NCBI RefSeq assembly: GCF_041146345.1
Contig: NW_027191413.1
Span: 1,736,001 to 1,800,000, forward strand
Direction of reading: 5' to 3'
DNA length: 64,000 nucleotides
From: Neodothiora populina
Lineage: Eukaryota
The position numbers and the translations under genes were made by a program. This document shows positions 12,914 to 26,994 of the stretch, piece after piece. Below the pieces are notes generated by a model. That model saw only the letters and a list, made by a program, of their open reading frames with translations. It was not told the origin of the DNA and searched no databases. Positions within the stretch are counted from its first letter, which is position 1. Each line of letters begins with the position of its first letter.

Positions 12914-14449
12914 ATGTCCTCGGCGCAAGCAATCCCTGTTCGAGGCGGCGGTGCCCCGTCCAGATCCGTCACCAGCAGCTTCGACCCCAGCAGCAGCCCC
13001 ACTGCGACTTTCACCTCCCCTCCTTCCAGCTTCTCAAATGTCCGCGCTCAACAGGCTCCCGTGAGAGAGCTGAAGCCTTTCCACACCGGAGACATCAAGG
13101 TCCTGCTCCTCGAGAATGTCAACCAGACCGGACGTGACATCCTCTCAGGACAAGGCTACCAAGTCGAGGCTCTCAAGACTTCGCTCCCCGAGGATCAGCT
13201 GATTGAGAAGATCAGGTGAGATTTACCATGGAGTCGGGCTAGACGAATCGAAAGATGTGCTGATGCAGTGGATTTACAGAGACGTCCATGTCATCGGAAT
13301 CCGTTCCAAGACGAAGCTCACTGCTCGCGTCCTCCGCGAGGCCAAGAACCTCATCGTTGTCGGCTGCTTCTGCATCGGAACCAACCAGGTCGACCTCCAG
13401 TATGCCGCCAACGCTGGTATCGCCGTCTTCAACTCGCCCTTCTCCAACTCGCGTTCCGTCGCCGAACTCGTCATTTCCGAGATCATCGCACTGGCCAGAC
13501 AGCTCGGTGACAGAAGCATGGAGTTGCACCAGGGAATCTGGAACAAGGTCTCCGCTGGCTGCTGGGAGGTGCGTGGTAAGACTCTGGGTATCGTCGGTTA
13601 CGGACACATTGGCAACCAGCTGTCCGTGCTGGCAGAAGCCATGGGTATGAAGGTCATTTACTACGACGTCATCAATCTCATGAGCATGGGTACCGCAACC
13701 CAGGTCCCTACCCTCAAGGCATTGCTCGAGGGTGCTGACTTTGTCACCCTTCACGTGCCTGAACTTCCCGAGACCGCCAACATGATCTCTACGGAACAGC
13801 TCTCGCAGATGCGCGATGGCAGCTACCTCATCAATGCCTCAAGAGGCAGCGTTGTCGACATCCAGGCGCTTGCCGATGCCATGAAGAGCGGCAAGATCGC
13901 CGGAGCCGCCCTTGACGTCTACCCCAACGAGCCCGCCGGAAACGGACCCTACTTCACCAACGAGCTCAACAGCTGGGCCGAGGATCTACGCAGTGTCAAG
14001 AACCTCATTCTCTCGCCTCACATCGGTGGTAGCACCGAGGAGGCACAGTCTGCCATCGGTGTCGAGGTCGCCGAGGCTCTCAAGAACTACATTAACGAGG
14101 GAACGACACTCGGTGCGGTCAACCTGCCCGAGGTGTCCCTTAGAAGCATTACCTCCGAGGAGAAGAACCACGTCCGAGTGAGTCTTGCCTGAACGCTGCA
14201 GGGCCTTTTGACCATGTACTGACCAAAAAAAACCAGATCATCTACATCCACAAGAACGTGCCCGGTGTGCTGAGACGTGTCAACGAGATCTGGGGAGACC
14301 ACAACGTCGACAAGACCATGACAGATTCGCGTGGTGATGTCGCCTACCTCATGGCCGATATTAGCAATGTCGGCCCCGAGGAGATCAAGAACCTGTACCA
14401 GAGTCTGGAAGACCTTGGTTCGAGGATCAGGACAAGAGTTCTCTACTAG
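12914..14449 (+). CDS. SER3: D-3-phosphoglycerate dehydrogenase
   Basis: GCFCIGTNQVD, GIVGYGHIG, INASRG, ALDVYP, SPHIGGSTEEAQ and a C-terminal ACT domain. Two introns. Confidence 0.96.
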
Positions 14450-15615
14450 ATCTGTCGGTCTGTACATTGATAGATGGATAGATGAAGGGAGAGCAACGGA
14501 TTAGACTGTATTTCGAGCATTCAACATGGCGTCGGGGATGGCAAAAAAAATGTTTCCTTACGGCTTGGTTAAGGAGGTAAATAAAAGATCGGGGCAAAGA
14601 ATAGTACGGATAGATCAGAAACTCAATGGCGACGGTGTACGCTAGACATGGCCACCCTCTGCTGAAATGGGAAGAATTCATTACTTTACAGTACCTTGAA
14701 GTTTGCACGCACTCTTCCAGTCATAAGAGGTGTAATTGCTACAGGTGCAATCTCATTATTGAGACTTGTCGACAATCAACCGAGTGTCGTCAGGTAAAAG
14801 CTGTGACCCGTCTGCATTCGTCAATATTGGGACTCGGCTGCTTTGATGGAATTACGGAGCACTTGTTCCCGGTATACGGCAGCGGCGGTTTCAGACATGG
14901 TATGCAGATGCACGTCGCATGTGTCTCTGCCCGGTCTCATTCGTACCTCATAGTGGTCTCAGTGGACCTGGTCTTCGTGCTGGTCTTTACCGCAGAAGCT
15001 CCCCCGATTAATATTGTGGGGTCAGGGGACTCTTAGTGTGATGATGGCCAAGGCGCAGGGCCGGTACGAATACAAAGTACTGTACAGGAGTACAGGGTAC
15101 TCGTATCTTCTCGCAGTGTAAAGTGTACTGTACTGTACCGTTCCCGTACCTTGTGACTGCTATTGCAGTGTTATTATTATTATCATTATACTATATTTTT
15201 TATCTTTCTGACTCTCCGCTAATTCATCCTCTTTTTCCTCACTTGAAACTCGATAGAGCTGCCGTACACCCAGTGCAGTGCTATCGTCTCCACGAACTGG
15301 TTCTAGCGCGTTCCTTCTTTCTTTGCTTTCTTGCGTGTGTGTTTAAGCCGGAAAAGGAGAGACAAACACTGGAGAGGGTGTGTGTTGATGCCACTGCAAC
15401 GTTCGGTCTAAACCCTTTAAACTGATCACAACAACAAAGTGGTGTTGCTTGATTTTCTGTAACATCTACAGCGCTGGAGTCTTGAAGATTGCGATTCATC
15501 TGCATATCTCTTGTTTCTCACTCCTGCGTTTATTGTTCATAGCACCTTCTTTTACGACCATCGCAACTCTGTACCACCGCTTAATGGTATAGCAACACAA
15601 GTCCCCCAATTTGAT

Positions 15616-18600
15616 ATGTCGGCCACCTACGACGTCGGCACCAAAGCCTGGCAGACCGACCCCGTTGAGGGATGGGTCGCGTCTGAGGTGGAGCAGAAGA
15701 CGGTGGATGGCGAGAAGGTCAAATTGGTCTTTCGCCTGGCAAATGGAGAGGTAAGAGGAGCCCGTCAATTCCGTCATGCTTTCTCTCCAATCCCGTAATT
15801 AACCACATAATCGCACGCAGACTAGGGAGTTCGACACCACTGTTGCCGCCCTCGAGGAAGACAACAATGCCGATCTTCCCCCTCTCATGAACCCTGCGGT
15901 GCTCGAGGCCAGCGATGATCTCACGAATCTCTCACATCTCAACGAGCCTGCTGGTAAGGACACAATGTACGGCGACAATTCCATGTGCATCTACTGACAA
16001 GAGACGTCACAGTGCTACAAGCGATCAAGCTACGCTATGCTCAAAAAGAAATCTACACATACAGTGGTATCGTCCTGATCGCCACTAACCCCTTTGCAAG
16101 GGTGGATTCGCTCTATGTCCCTGGCATGGTACAGGTGTATGCTGGAAAGCATCGCCAGACCCAGGCTCCTCATTTGTTCGCTATCGCGGAGGAGGCATTC
16201 GCGTAAGCTCAATCTTCTCTTCTATCCCTTTGCGTGTACAGGAAGCTGATGTCTCCCTAGCGAGATGGTGAACGACGGCAAGAACCAAACCATTGTTGTT
16301 TCGGGTGAGTCTGGAGCCGGAAAGACTGTCAGCGCCAAATACATTATGCGATACTTCGCTACGCGAGAGCCCCCGGATCAACCTGGAATCCGCTCCAGGG
16401 GTCGTGTCGATACCATGAGTGAGACGGAAGAGCAGATCCTCGCGACGAATCCCGTCATGGAAGCCTTCGGCAACGCGAAGACCACTCGCAACGACAACTC
16501 CTCCCGCTTCGGAAAGTACATTGAGATCATGTTCAACAAAGAGACGGACATTATTGGCGCAAAAATACGTACATATCTCCTGGAGCGCTCAAGACTCGTC
16601 TTCCAGCCCCTGAAGGAGCGCAACTACCACATCTTCTACCAAGTCGTAGCAGGTGCCACTGAGGCCGAGAGGGAAGCTCTCGCTCTCGGCCCCGCCGACA
16701 ACTTCGACTATCTCAACCAGGGCGGCGCGCCGCAGATCGATGGTGTTGATGATGCAGAGGAGTTCCGTGCCACGAGGGAGTCCCTGACCAGAATTGGTGT
16801 CTCGGAGCACCAGCAGTCTCAACTCTGGCGAATCCTCGCTGCATTGCTACAAATTGGAAACGTCAAGGTCACAGCTACACGCACCGACTCGCAATTATCT
16901 CCGACTGAGCCATCTCTTGTCAAGGCTTGCGAGCTCCTCGGCATTGATCCCGAAAACTTCGCCAAATGGATCGTCAAGAAGCAGCTCGTAACTAGAGGGG
17001 AGAAGATCATGTCCAACCTCACCCAGCAGCAAGCCATTGTCGTTCGTGATTCCGTCGCCAAGTTCATCTACTCGAGCCTGTTCGACTGGCTGGTCGAGAC
17101 GATCAACAAAGGTCTGGCTCCACCAGAAGTCCTCGAGCAGGTCAACTCGTTCATCGGTGTGCTGGATATTTACGGTTTCGAGCATTTCGCCAAGAACTCT
17201 TTCGAGCAGTTCTGTATCAACTACGCCAACGAGAAGCTGCAGCAGGAGTTCAACGCGCATGTCTTCAAGCTGGAGCAAGAAGAGTATGTTCGAGAGGAGA
17301 TTGACTGGAAGTTCATTGACTTCTCCGACAACCAGCCCTGTATTGACCTGATCGAGGGCAAACTCGGAGTGCTGGCCTTGCTCGACGAAGAGTCTCGTCT
17401 ACCGATGGGTTCAGATGAATCCTTCCTCACCAAGCTCCACCAGCAGTTCGCCAACGAGAAGCAAAAGTTCTACAAGAAGCCTAGATTCGGCAAATCTGCA
17501 TTCACCGTCTGTCATTATGCCGTCGACGTGACATACGAGTCCGATGGATTCATCGAGAAGAACAGAGATACCGTGCCTGATGAGCACATGGAAGTCCTCC
17601 GTGCTTCGTCAAACGACTTCCTGACAGAGCTCCTGGATCTGGCGAGTGCTGTGCGAGAGCGTGACAGTCTGATACAGAAGCCGACCGCAGCAGCTGGCCC
17701 AGGCAAACGTCCTGGCGCAGCTTCGACAAGGAAACCGACTCTGGGTGGCATGTTCAAATCCTCGTTGATCGAACTGATGACTACCATCAACTCGACGGCG
17801 GCACATTACATCAGATGTATCAAGCCAAACGATGCGAAAGAGGCGTGGAAATTCGAAGGCCCGATGGTCCTCAGTCAGCTACGTGCTTGTGGTGTTCTAG
17901 AGACTGTCCGAATTAGTTGCGCAGGATACCCTACTCGCTGGACCTACGCCGAATTTGCTCTGCGTTACTACATGCTTGTTCCATCGTCACATTGGACGGA
18001 CGAGCCCAGGGACATGGCCACCTCGATTCTCACAAGGGTGTTCGGAGCCTCTCACGCGGATCCATCAAGCAAGTACCAGATGGGTCTCAACAAGATTTTC
18101 TTCCGCGCTGGTATGCTCGCTTTCTTGGAGAACCTTCGCGCCGAGCGTCTCAACAGTGCAGCCGTCATGATCCAGAAGAACCTGCGTGCCAAATATTATC
18201 GCAGGCGGTTTCTTGAGGCCACCGGATCCATCCGGGAGTTTCAGTCCCTCGTACGAGGGAGTCTTGCAAGGCAGGCAGCAGAAGACGCGCGGCAGGTCAA
18301 GGGAGCCACGACCATCCAACGGGTATGGCGAGGCCAGAAAGACAGGAAAAACTTCCTACGCATCCGCGACAATATCATCCTCTTTGAAGCAGCGGCCAAA
18401 GGATGGCTCTGCCGTAAGAACATCCTCGACACACGACTAGGAAATGCTGCTCGCACCATCCAGAGGGCCTGGAAATCGCATCATCAGCTCAAGGACTGGC
18501 GGGAATACCGACGCAATGTTGTCACCGCTCAAAGTCTATGGAGAGGCAGGGCTGCTCGAAAGGATTACAAGGGGTTGCGAGAAGAGGCACGCGATCTGAA

Positions 18601-20681
18601 GCAGATTTCATACAAGCTCGAGAACAAGGTGGTGGAGCTTACTCAATCATTGAGTGCTGTGCGACAAGAGAACAAAGGCCTCAAGACTCAACTCGAGAAC
18701 TACGAGAGTCAGCTCAAGTCTTGGAAGACACGTACACAAACACTCGAGACGAGGTCGAAGGAGCTACAGGCCGAGGCGAACCAGGCTGGTATAACCGCGG
18801 CCAAGATCTCGGCCATGGAGCAAGACATGATCAAGCTCCAGCAGAATTACGACGAGTCCACCCAGAACATGCGCAGGCTACAGGAGGAGGAGAAACAGCT
18901 GCGCGAATCTCTGCGCTTGACAGAAGAAGAACTGCAACAATCGAGGGATAGCCATGTGGCCTCGGAGGATGAGTCCAAGTCCCTTCGTGCTCAACTGGCC
19001 GACTTACAAGATCAACTCGAGCTTGCTAAGCGTGCCGCGCCGCTAGGTGGCGACCTCAATGGCAGCACCGGCGGCGCCTCTCAACCTAGCGGCCTAATCA
19101 ACCTCGTGTCGTCTAAGAAGCCCAAGAGGCGGAGTGCCGGCTTCGAGCAGATCAATACCGACAGATACAGCGGAACCTACAACCCACGGCCCGTATCGAT
19201 GGCCTTTGGTGGAGCCACCAGCCACCAGCCAAACCTTTCTGGCTCGACGTTCAGACCTGATCTCGAAGGCGTCGAGATGGAGCTCGAGAACTTGCTCGCA
19301 AACGAGGACTCGCTCAACGAGGAAGTCACAATGGGCCTCATCAGAAACCTCAAGATCCCCTCACCCGGCTCGAATCCTCAGCCAACTGACAAGGAGGTCC
19401 TATTCCCGGCCTACCTTATCAACCTTGTCACTTCTGAGATGTGGAACAACGGCTTTGTCAAGGAGTCTGAGCGCTTCCTTGCCAACGTGATGCAGTCCAT
19501 CCAACAAGAGGTCATGCAACATGACGGAGATGAAGCGGTGAACCCTGGAGCCTTCTGGCTCTCGAACGTGCACGAGATGCTTTCGTTTGTCTTCCTCGCT
19601 GAAGATTGGTATGAAGCACAGAAGTCGGACAATTTCGAGTACGACAGACTCTTGGAGATTGTCAAGCACGATCTCGAAAGTCTCGAATTCAACATCTACC
19701 ACACCTGGATGAAGGTGCTGAAGAAGAAGTTGCACAAGATGATCGTGCCCGCCATCATCGAGTCGCAATCTCTCCCTGGCTTTGTCACAAACGAGAGCAA
19801 CCGCTTCCTTGGCAAGCTCCTTCAATCAAATAACGCGCCTGCGTTCAGCATGGACAACCTACTATCACTGCTGAACAATGTGTTCAAGGCCATGAAGGCT
19901 TTCTACCTAGAAGAGTCGATCATCACGCAGACAATAACGGAGCTGCTTCGTCTGGTTGGAGTCACTGCCTTCAACGACCTCCTCATGCGCAGGAATTTCC
20001 TCTCGTGGAAGCGTGGTCTGCAGATCAACTACAACATTACTAGGATCGAGGAGTGGTGCAAGAGCCACGACATGCCTGAAGGCACGCTACAACTTGAGCA
20101 TCTGATGCAAGCTACGAAGTTGCTTCAGCTGAAGAAAGCGACACTCAACGACATTGAGATCATCCAGGATATCTGTTGGATGTACGTTGTTTGATACGAT
20201 GATTTATGACTTGCAAGATGCTAATTTGATACACAGGCTTTCCCCCAACCAAATTCAAAAGCTGTTGAATCAGTATCTCGTCGCAGACTACGAGCAGCCA
20301 ATCAATGGCGAGATCATGAAGGCGGTTGCCTCGCGGGTCACAGACCCCAAGTCGGACGTTTTGCTACTCCCAGCGGTAGACATGGAAGACAGTGGCCCAT
20401 ACGAGATCGCAGAGCCACGTGTGATTACGGCGCTGGAGACTTACACACCTTCGTGGTTGCAGACGCCGCGACTCAAGCGCCTCGCCGAGATTGTCAGCGC
20501 CCAGGCCGTGTTGCAACAGCAGCTTGACGCAGGCGGTGCCATTGCCGAGAAGGGCTACGGAGAGAGTGAAGCTGGCGGCGACTTGGGAGAGTGGAGCCAG
20601 ATGAATCACATGAACGGCAATGGACACCTGGCCGAGGAACACGACATGCGCATCGGGCACGAACAAGAAGCCGGAGCATAG
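15616..20681 (+). CDS. MYO2: class V myosin heavy chain
   Basis: GESGAGKT P-loop, EAFGNAKT.RNDNSSRFG, DIYGFE, IQ repeats, coiled coil and DIL domain. Four introns. Confidence 0.97.
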
Positions 20682-22220
20682 AGCGATCCACTTCGATACA
20701 GGCAGCATGTACACGTCGGCTGAGGAGCGCGCGTGCTTGTTGGGCAGTCAGATGCCAACCTTTGTACGATGAGGCAGGCGGCGGGGAGGGGAAAAGGAGT
20801 CATATCGTTGATATCTGCTTCTTTTGGTGTGTGTTTGTGTGTGTGTGTCGCTTATTTGTTAGACTTATGAGCATTTAAGAAGGCGTTGTTTTTTTCTTTT
20901 CTGCTCTTCTTCCATATTCACCCGGGGGCCTTTTTGCTGCAGGAAGGACATGGCAACAATGCCACCGCTTCCCCCTTTTTCTTGCTATCATCATCATCAC
21001 AGGCGTATTTGATTTTCCTGGCACACATCATGTTTTCTCTTACTACAGTAAAGACAAGAAAAGGCTCATGTGGGTGATTATTGAACTCTAGTACTAGTCA
21101 CTACTACTGGGCCCAAATGCAACAAAGATATTGAAGACAAGTTTAGAAACGAGCGACTGGACTAGACTGAATCCGTGCAAGCCAGGTGAGCGGACTGCAG
21201 ATAGATGCATGCATGCATGCGAGTTATAGCTAGCTATTCGTGATGCGTTGACACTCACCGCCGCCGCCGCATGGTTTAATGCGTGTGTGAGCTTAGTCAA
21301 AGTCCACAATTATCATGTTTAGACGGATGTGCACGAGTAAGGTCACAAGGCAGGTCAGGAGATGTACTGCATGTGCGTGCAGTATGGCTCGAGTAATCAG
21401 AGATGGTAATACAGTTGTGAAATATGGACTTGGAAGATGGGAGACAAGATCGGATTTGGTGGTGCTGTATATACAGCTTATACTATTCAATCAACACTCA
21501 AGTGTTTCAAAAACAGAACGTTGAAAGCGAGTGGTAATTACGACCTTCCATTGTCAGTTCATGCAATAATGCCTGACTGAGCGGATACCCCAGCCAGAGC
21601 AGCGATGTAGGAGCGTCCTGCCAAGCGCCAAGAAGAAGTCCCGATTCGATGTCGGAACAGAAGTCGGGTTAATTAGTGGCCTGTGGAGCAGAAAAGGCCC
21701 GCCAATCTCACCCAATGACGGACGACATATGATTGATGACGAGGGGCCTGACTTGGTTGTTCCATTGTTCAAAGAGAGATGGAAGGGGGCTTTGTTTTCT
21801 TTGGGGTGACTTGAATGATCATGAAGCGTATATTTGCAGTGAAGAAAAACGAGTCCGGAAAGATGGCGAGACGGTTGGAAAGGGTCAAGAGTCAGCAGCG
21901 CGTATAGTAGCAATTAGTGGGTGGAAGTGGGAGGGGCCTGCCAGGCACTTTGCAGCAAAACTTCGAGTCATCGCCGTCGTCGGGTGGGACCTGAACTTTT
22001 ATATACACCTGTTTTCCTCTTTCTCTATTCCACAGTGTAAATCTCCAACAATTAAGTCAAAACAACAGGTCCGGTCAATCCACCGAACAGGGACGCAACA
22101 GAAAAGAAAAAAAAACTCTGAATTAAAACAAACACCCACTCATCCCATCTACTCGCTCAATATTTTTGTCTGAATACACCCCTTCTCCTCCCCCTTCCGG
22201 ACCGACAGAATTCCAACACA

Positions 22221-24069
22221 ATGAACGGCTTCGAGCAATCAATACCTCACCAGCAGGAGAAGAACCTCCCTGGAGGCGGCAATTGGGTCGTGCAAAAGTT
22301 TGGCGGAACCAGCGTGGGCAAGTTCGCCGTCGAGATCGCACGCGACATTGTGCTGTAAGAGAGCCCTCTGAATCAAATACAAAAAGAAAGAAAAATACCT
22401 CGACACAACTGGACAGGAATTGCAAAAGAAGAAACTGGTGGGGCTGACCTTTTGTTCTACCGCAGTGCATCTCTCGGCGAGAACAGGGTCGCTGTCGTGT
22501 GCTCTGCGCGTAGCACCTACACCAAAAGTGAAGGTACCACCAACAGGTGTGTGTGTTTTTTTACTCGTCTAGCAAAACACCCATGGTGGCCAATTGGAAC
22601 TGACGCATTCGCCCAAACAGACTCCTTCGCGCCGCTCGTGAAGCGGAGAAGCTGACATCCCGCGCCTATGTCGACATGGTCAACGTGATCCGCGAGGACC
22701 ACATGGCAGCCGCCAGAGACACCATCTCTGCCTCGGACATCCTCGAGACATACTTTGCCGCAGTCAACGACGAGTGCGACGGTCTGGTCAGGATCCTCGA
22801 GTCCGCCCAGCATCTCACCGAGGTCAGCAGACGCACCGAGGACAAGATTGTCGCAAAGGGAGAGAAGCTCTCGTGTCTCTACATGACCGCACTGCTCCAG
22901 TCTCAGGGCGTCAAGGCCGCCTACGTCGATCTGAGCGACGTCATCCAATTCGACATGCCCAAGGGCCTCAACGATGATTTCTACCGCAATCTGGCCAACG
23001 CTCTGTCCGAGGCCGTGCTCGCGTGCGGAGACGCTGTCCCCGTCATCACAGGCTACTTTGGCAACGTCCCCGGTGGCCTTCTCGACCAGATCGGTCGCGG
23101 CTACACTGACCTCTGCGCTGCTCTTGTCGCCGTGGGCCTCAAGGCTTCCGAGCTTCAGATCTGGAAGGAGGTCGATGGCATCTTCACCGCCGACCCGCGC
23201 AAGGTGCCGACCGCGCGCCTGCTGGACTCTGTGACGCCGTCCGAGGCCGCCGAGTTGACCTTTTATGGATCCGAGGTCATCCACCCCTTCACCATGGACC
23301 AGGTCATCAAGGCCAGCATCCCCATCCGCATCAAGAACGTCAAGAACCCTCGCAACAAGGGCACCATCATCTGGCCCGACGCAGCAGACGATCTCGCCGG
23401 CAAGAAACCCGCCTTGTTCCGCAACAAGAGCCTGAGCAACCTCATCGACACCTCGGGCCCGAAACGTCCCACTGCCGTCACCATCAAGCGGGGCATCACG
23501 GTGCTTAACGTGCACTCGAAGAAGCGTACCCGCGCCCACGGCTTCCTCATGTCCATCTTTTCTGTTCTAGACAAGTGGCATCTGTCCGTCGACCTCATTT
23601 CTTCGTCCGAGGTCCACGTCTCCATGGCCCTGCACTCCGAAGTCGCGCTGCTGTCCGGAGCCGGCCCCGACTCGGAAGAGATGCACATCGAGTCCGCGGC
23701 GCTCAAGGGCGCAGTCGAGGATCTCAGCGCATGGGGCGACATTGATCTGGTCCCTGGCATGGCCATTGTCAGTCTGATCGGTCGACAGCTCAGGAACATG
23801 GTGGGCATCAGTGGCCGATTCCTCGGCGTCTTGGGCGAGAACAACATCAACATCGAAATGATCTCCCAAGGTTCGTTTTTTCCCTTTCTTTTCTTCCCTT
23901 TACCTCCCGCCTTCGCACTTCCTACAGGCCATTTGCAGAACCAAGCAGCTGACAACTCCATCAAACAGGAGCAAGCGAAATCAACATCTCCTGCGTCATC
24001 GACGAAAAAGAAGCCAATCGCGCCCTGAACGTCGTCCACACCAACCTCTTCACCTTTCTCGACAACTAG
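22221..24069 (+). CDS. HOM3: aspartate kinase
   Basis: VVQKFGGTSVG, GRGYTDL, QIWKEVDGIFTADP and two ACT domains, ending VVHTNLFTFLDN*. Three introns. Confidence 0.96.
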
Positions 24070-24974
24070 AGATAAAAGAGCATAGGCAGTAAATAGCACG
24101 CCTGTTCTTGCTTGCTTTGCGCGCGCGCGTCTTGGCATCGGCATTGCATTGTATAGCGGAGTTTTCGAAAATTTCGGCAAAAAACATCCTCCTCACCCCC
24201 GGCATTGAGCGCGTCATCCTTTTTTTGTGCTCTCTTCTCGTCGATATATCGAGTATCTTCATACCGAAAGGCAAAGAACAAAGGGGGGAAAGGGGGAACC
24301 CAGAAACGAAAGTACAGCACTTCGCTAAAAGGCCTGATTAGAGACAGACCATTTCGCATGCATCAACAGATGAATAGACAAACGGATAGAGCTCAGGATA
24401 CCTTACATGGGTCGTTCAGATTAGATGCATGCCCTGTATATACGAACCAATCAGGGAGCGAGCTATCGGAAGCGAGCATAGAAGTCGATACGTAGACATA
24501 GATGAGGAAGACATATCAAGGGGAGGAAATGCTGGATTTAGCAACGTCTTTTCTCTTTCATCAAATAGAAGAATAGATATAGCCAGGAAAGGATGTTCGG
24601 CTACAACCACTGCCTGGCTTCGTTCTGTTGTGTCTGTGCCGTCACTGTTCGTCTTCCTCGATTGAGATTGGAATCTTTGGGATGGATCGCTCTTTGCATG
24701 TGCTGCTGGTAGCATCGAAGAAATGTACGAAGCAGGCAGAGCAGAGGAATGAGGATGATCTCTATCTTGTATGAGTCGGGACTCTTATAGCGCTGCCGCT
24801 TTATCCTCGTCCTGGACGCAGAGAGAAGAAACAAAAGCCGGAGAGGCAACAAAGTTTCAGAGCGGATGGATGGATCACACTTTCTACATCTAGCTATCAG
24901 AAGAGAACAACAAAGCCCTCGACGCCAAACAATGAGTCTCGAATATTAAATCAATTTGACCAGAAAAGAAAGAA

Positions 24975-26994
24975 TCAAGCAATATGTTTCAACCTGCGCG
25001 TAGCATGCGCAGCCACGATGGCCGATACCGCACCGATGAACAAACACACCGCGATCCCATTATACCCATCCGTGCCGTGGTGTTCGTCCGGGTGCGCGTC
25101 CTTGGCCAGCTCGGGGCTTTTGCCGGGCTCGAGCACGCTGAAGACGATGGTCGAGACGCCCGTGGCTACGAACTGTGGCAGGGTCGTGTAGAGGTTGAGG
25201 ATGCCGAGGTAGATGCCTGCTAGTTCGCTTGTTGGAGCAGCGCTGCTGGAGTCGTGGGCGCGCGTTGATGATGTTTGGGATGTGGTATCGCTGTTGCTGG
25301 AGAGTTCGATAGATTGTTGGTGGTTAGGTCCTTCTGACCTGGGTTTCGTCGAGGGTAGTTTGTTGATCTCGACGCCCATAAAAGTGAATGGGGCCCAGTT
25401 CGCCAGCGTGGATGGACTGAGATTGTTTAATTAGCATCCTTGTCTTGAGTAAGTAAACAGAAATCACACTTACACGCCGCAGATTGCAATGAGCAGCGTC
25501 GCCTGACGGAATGATGTGACGAAAGGGGCAAATGCCATCGACATTGCAAAAATCAGGTGCGAAATCGTCCATGCTACCGATAGGCTAGGCCTGAACTTCG
25601 AGACCACCTTGACCACCGGGGCAATACTCGCAGGTGGACGGGGTGTAAAACCAGGCTGTTCATCTTCCGGAGATTTGACGAGCCATGGTATGACCCACGA
25701 TCCGGTAAAGGTCACCATGGAGAACACTATCAGAGCGCTGCTGCCTAAGCGACCGACGTCTCCAAGCGTGTCCTTGTTCTGTATTGCGTGTGGCGCATCA
25801 TATCGAAGATAAATCTCGCCAACCCATGTCGAGCTGTAGAACAGAAATGGAAACCATCCTGGTCGAGTCATTAGATTAGGTTCTCAAACAAGCGCATTGT
25901 TCCTTACCAATCCAAGCCCAGAACTGAACCCAACAGATGGCCTGAATGCGAGCCGGTAGGTTCCTTGTGGTCTGGTAGATCTGTGAAAGAGTGCTCACAA
26001 GACCATTCGGTTGTTCGTTATCTTCCCTATCCTCTGATTAGTTCAGAAATCAGATAAAGAAACAGCCTGACATACCCATTGTGCACCAAGACCCGTTCGT
26101 GTACTGCCCATGAAGTCACGCCAACGGCCGCTATGAGAGCAAGAGCGGCGATAACGCAAAGCTGCTTGAACTGGGTACTACCAAGCGTGGTACCAAAAAT
26201 TGCACTTAAATTGACGGCGCCGATGCCATACCCAATCAAATGGCCAATTGATGCCATACGACTCGCTGTGCAGGCAATTAGAATCCATTGTGCAGGATTG
26301 ACAGAACACATCGCTTACCCCATGCAGACCCAAGCTGTTGCTTGCTTGCAGGTAGTGAATCCACTACAAGTGATCGACAGCTCGCTTGCACAGCATTGAT
26401 GGCAAAGTCGAGGGCATAGATCGAGAAGACGGCAAGAACAATGGTTGCTTTGCGCCGCTGGAGGTACTCAGCATATGCTTTCTTGTCAAGACGAAGACTC
26501 AACTGACCAATGCCTCGTCTGAGACGAACAGTCCCACAATTTCAGGTGTCCAGCCCAAAACAAATAGGCATAAGCTGACAAGGACTGTGCCAGCTATCAT
26601 TATCGGTCTTCGTCGTCCCCATTTCGAGGTGCTCTTGTCCGCCAGTATTCCAACAACAGGCTGCATGATCAGACCTGACAACGGGCCAGCGATCCACACC
26701 ATAGAAAGCTTGCTCTTAGTCAGACCGAGCTGAAGGAGGTATGGCGTGCAATAAGTCATTTCGGTTCCTGAAGCGGTGCATGAGTGTCATCTTCGTTTTC
26801 CAGTAGGCAATACTGATGATGCTTCATACCCCATGTGAATCTGCGAAACTTGTCAGTGTAGTTCCGAGCAATTGGCAGAAAAAAGCATATCATTACTGTA
26901 AGCCAACGATACTGAATGTCAGGAGCGCCATGCGCATCGTTTCTGTGGAACCCTTCACATGTGGCTGTCCTAGCCACAGCGGAGAAGTCACCAT
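24975..26994 (-). CDS. GPH/MFS sucrose/alpha-glucoside permease (Sut1/SLC45-like)
   Basis: GLQFTWGTEMTYCTPYLLQLG, WIAGPLSGLIMQP, WGRRRP, WIGWFPFLFYSSTWVGE and AGIYLGILN. About eight exons, including an 11-nt micro-exon at 26830-26840. Confidence 0.92.

Noticed and set aside
22517..23539. 340-aa antisense ORF opposite HOM3 (similar ones lie opposite NAP1, SES1, G6PD and the gene at 1206)
   Set aside because: Shadow ORFs expected from strong C/G-ending codon bias; no recognisable motifs.
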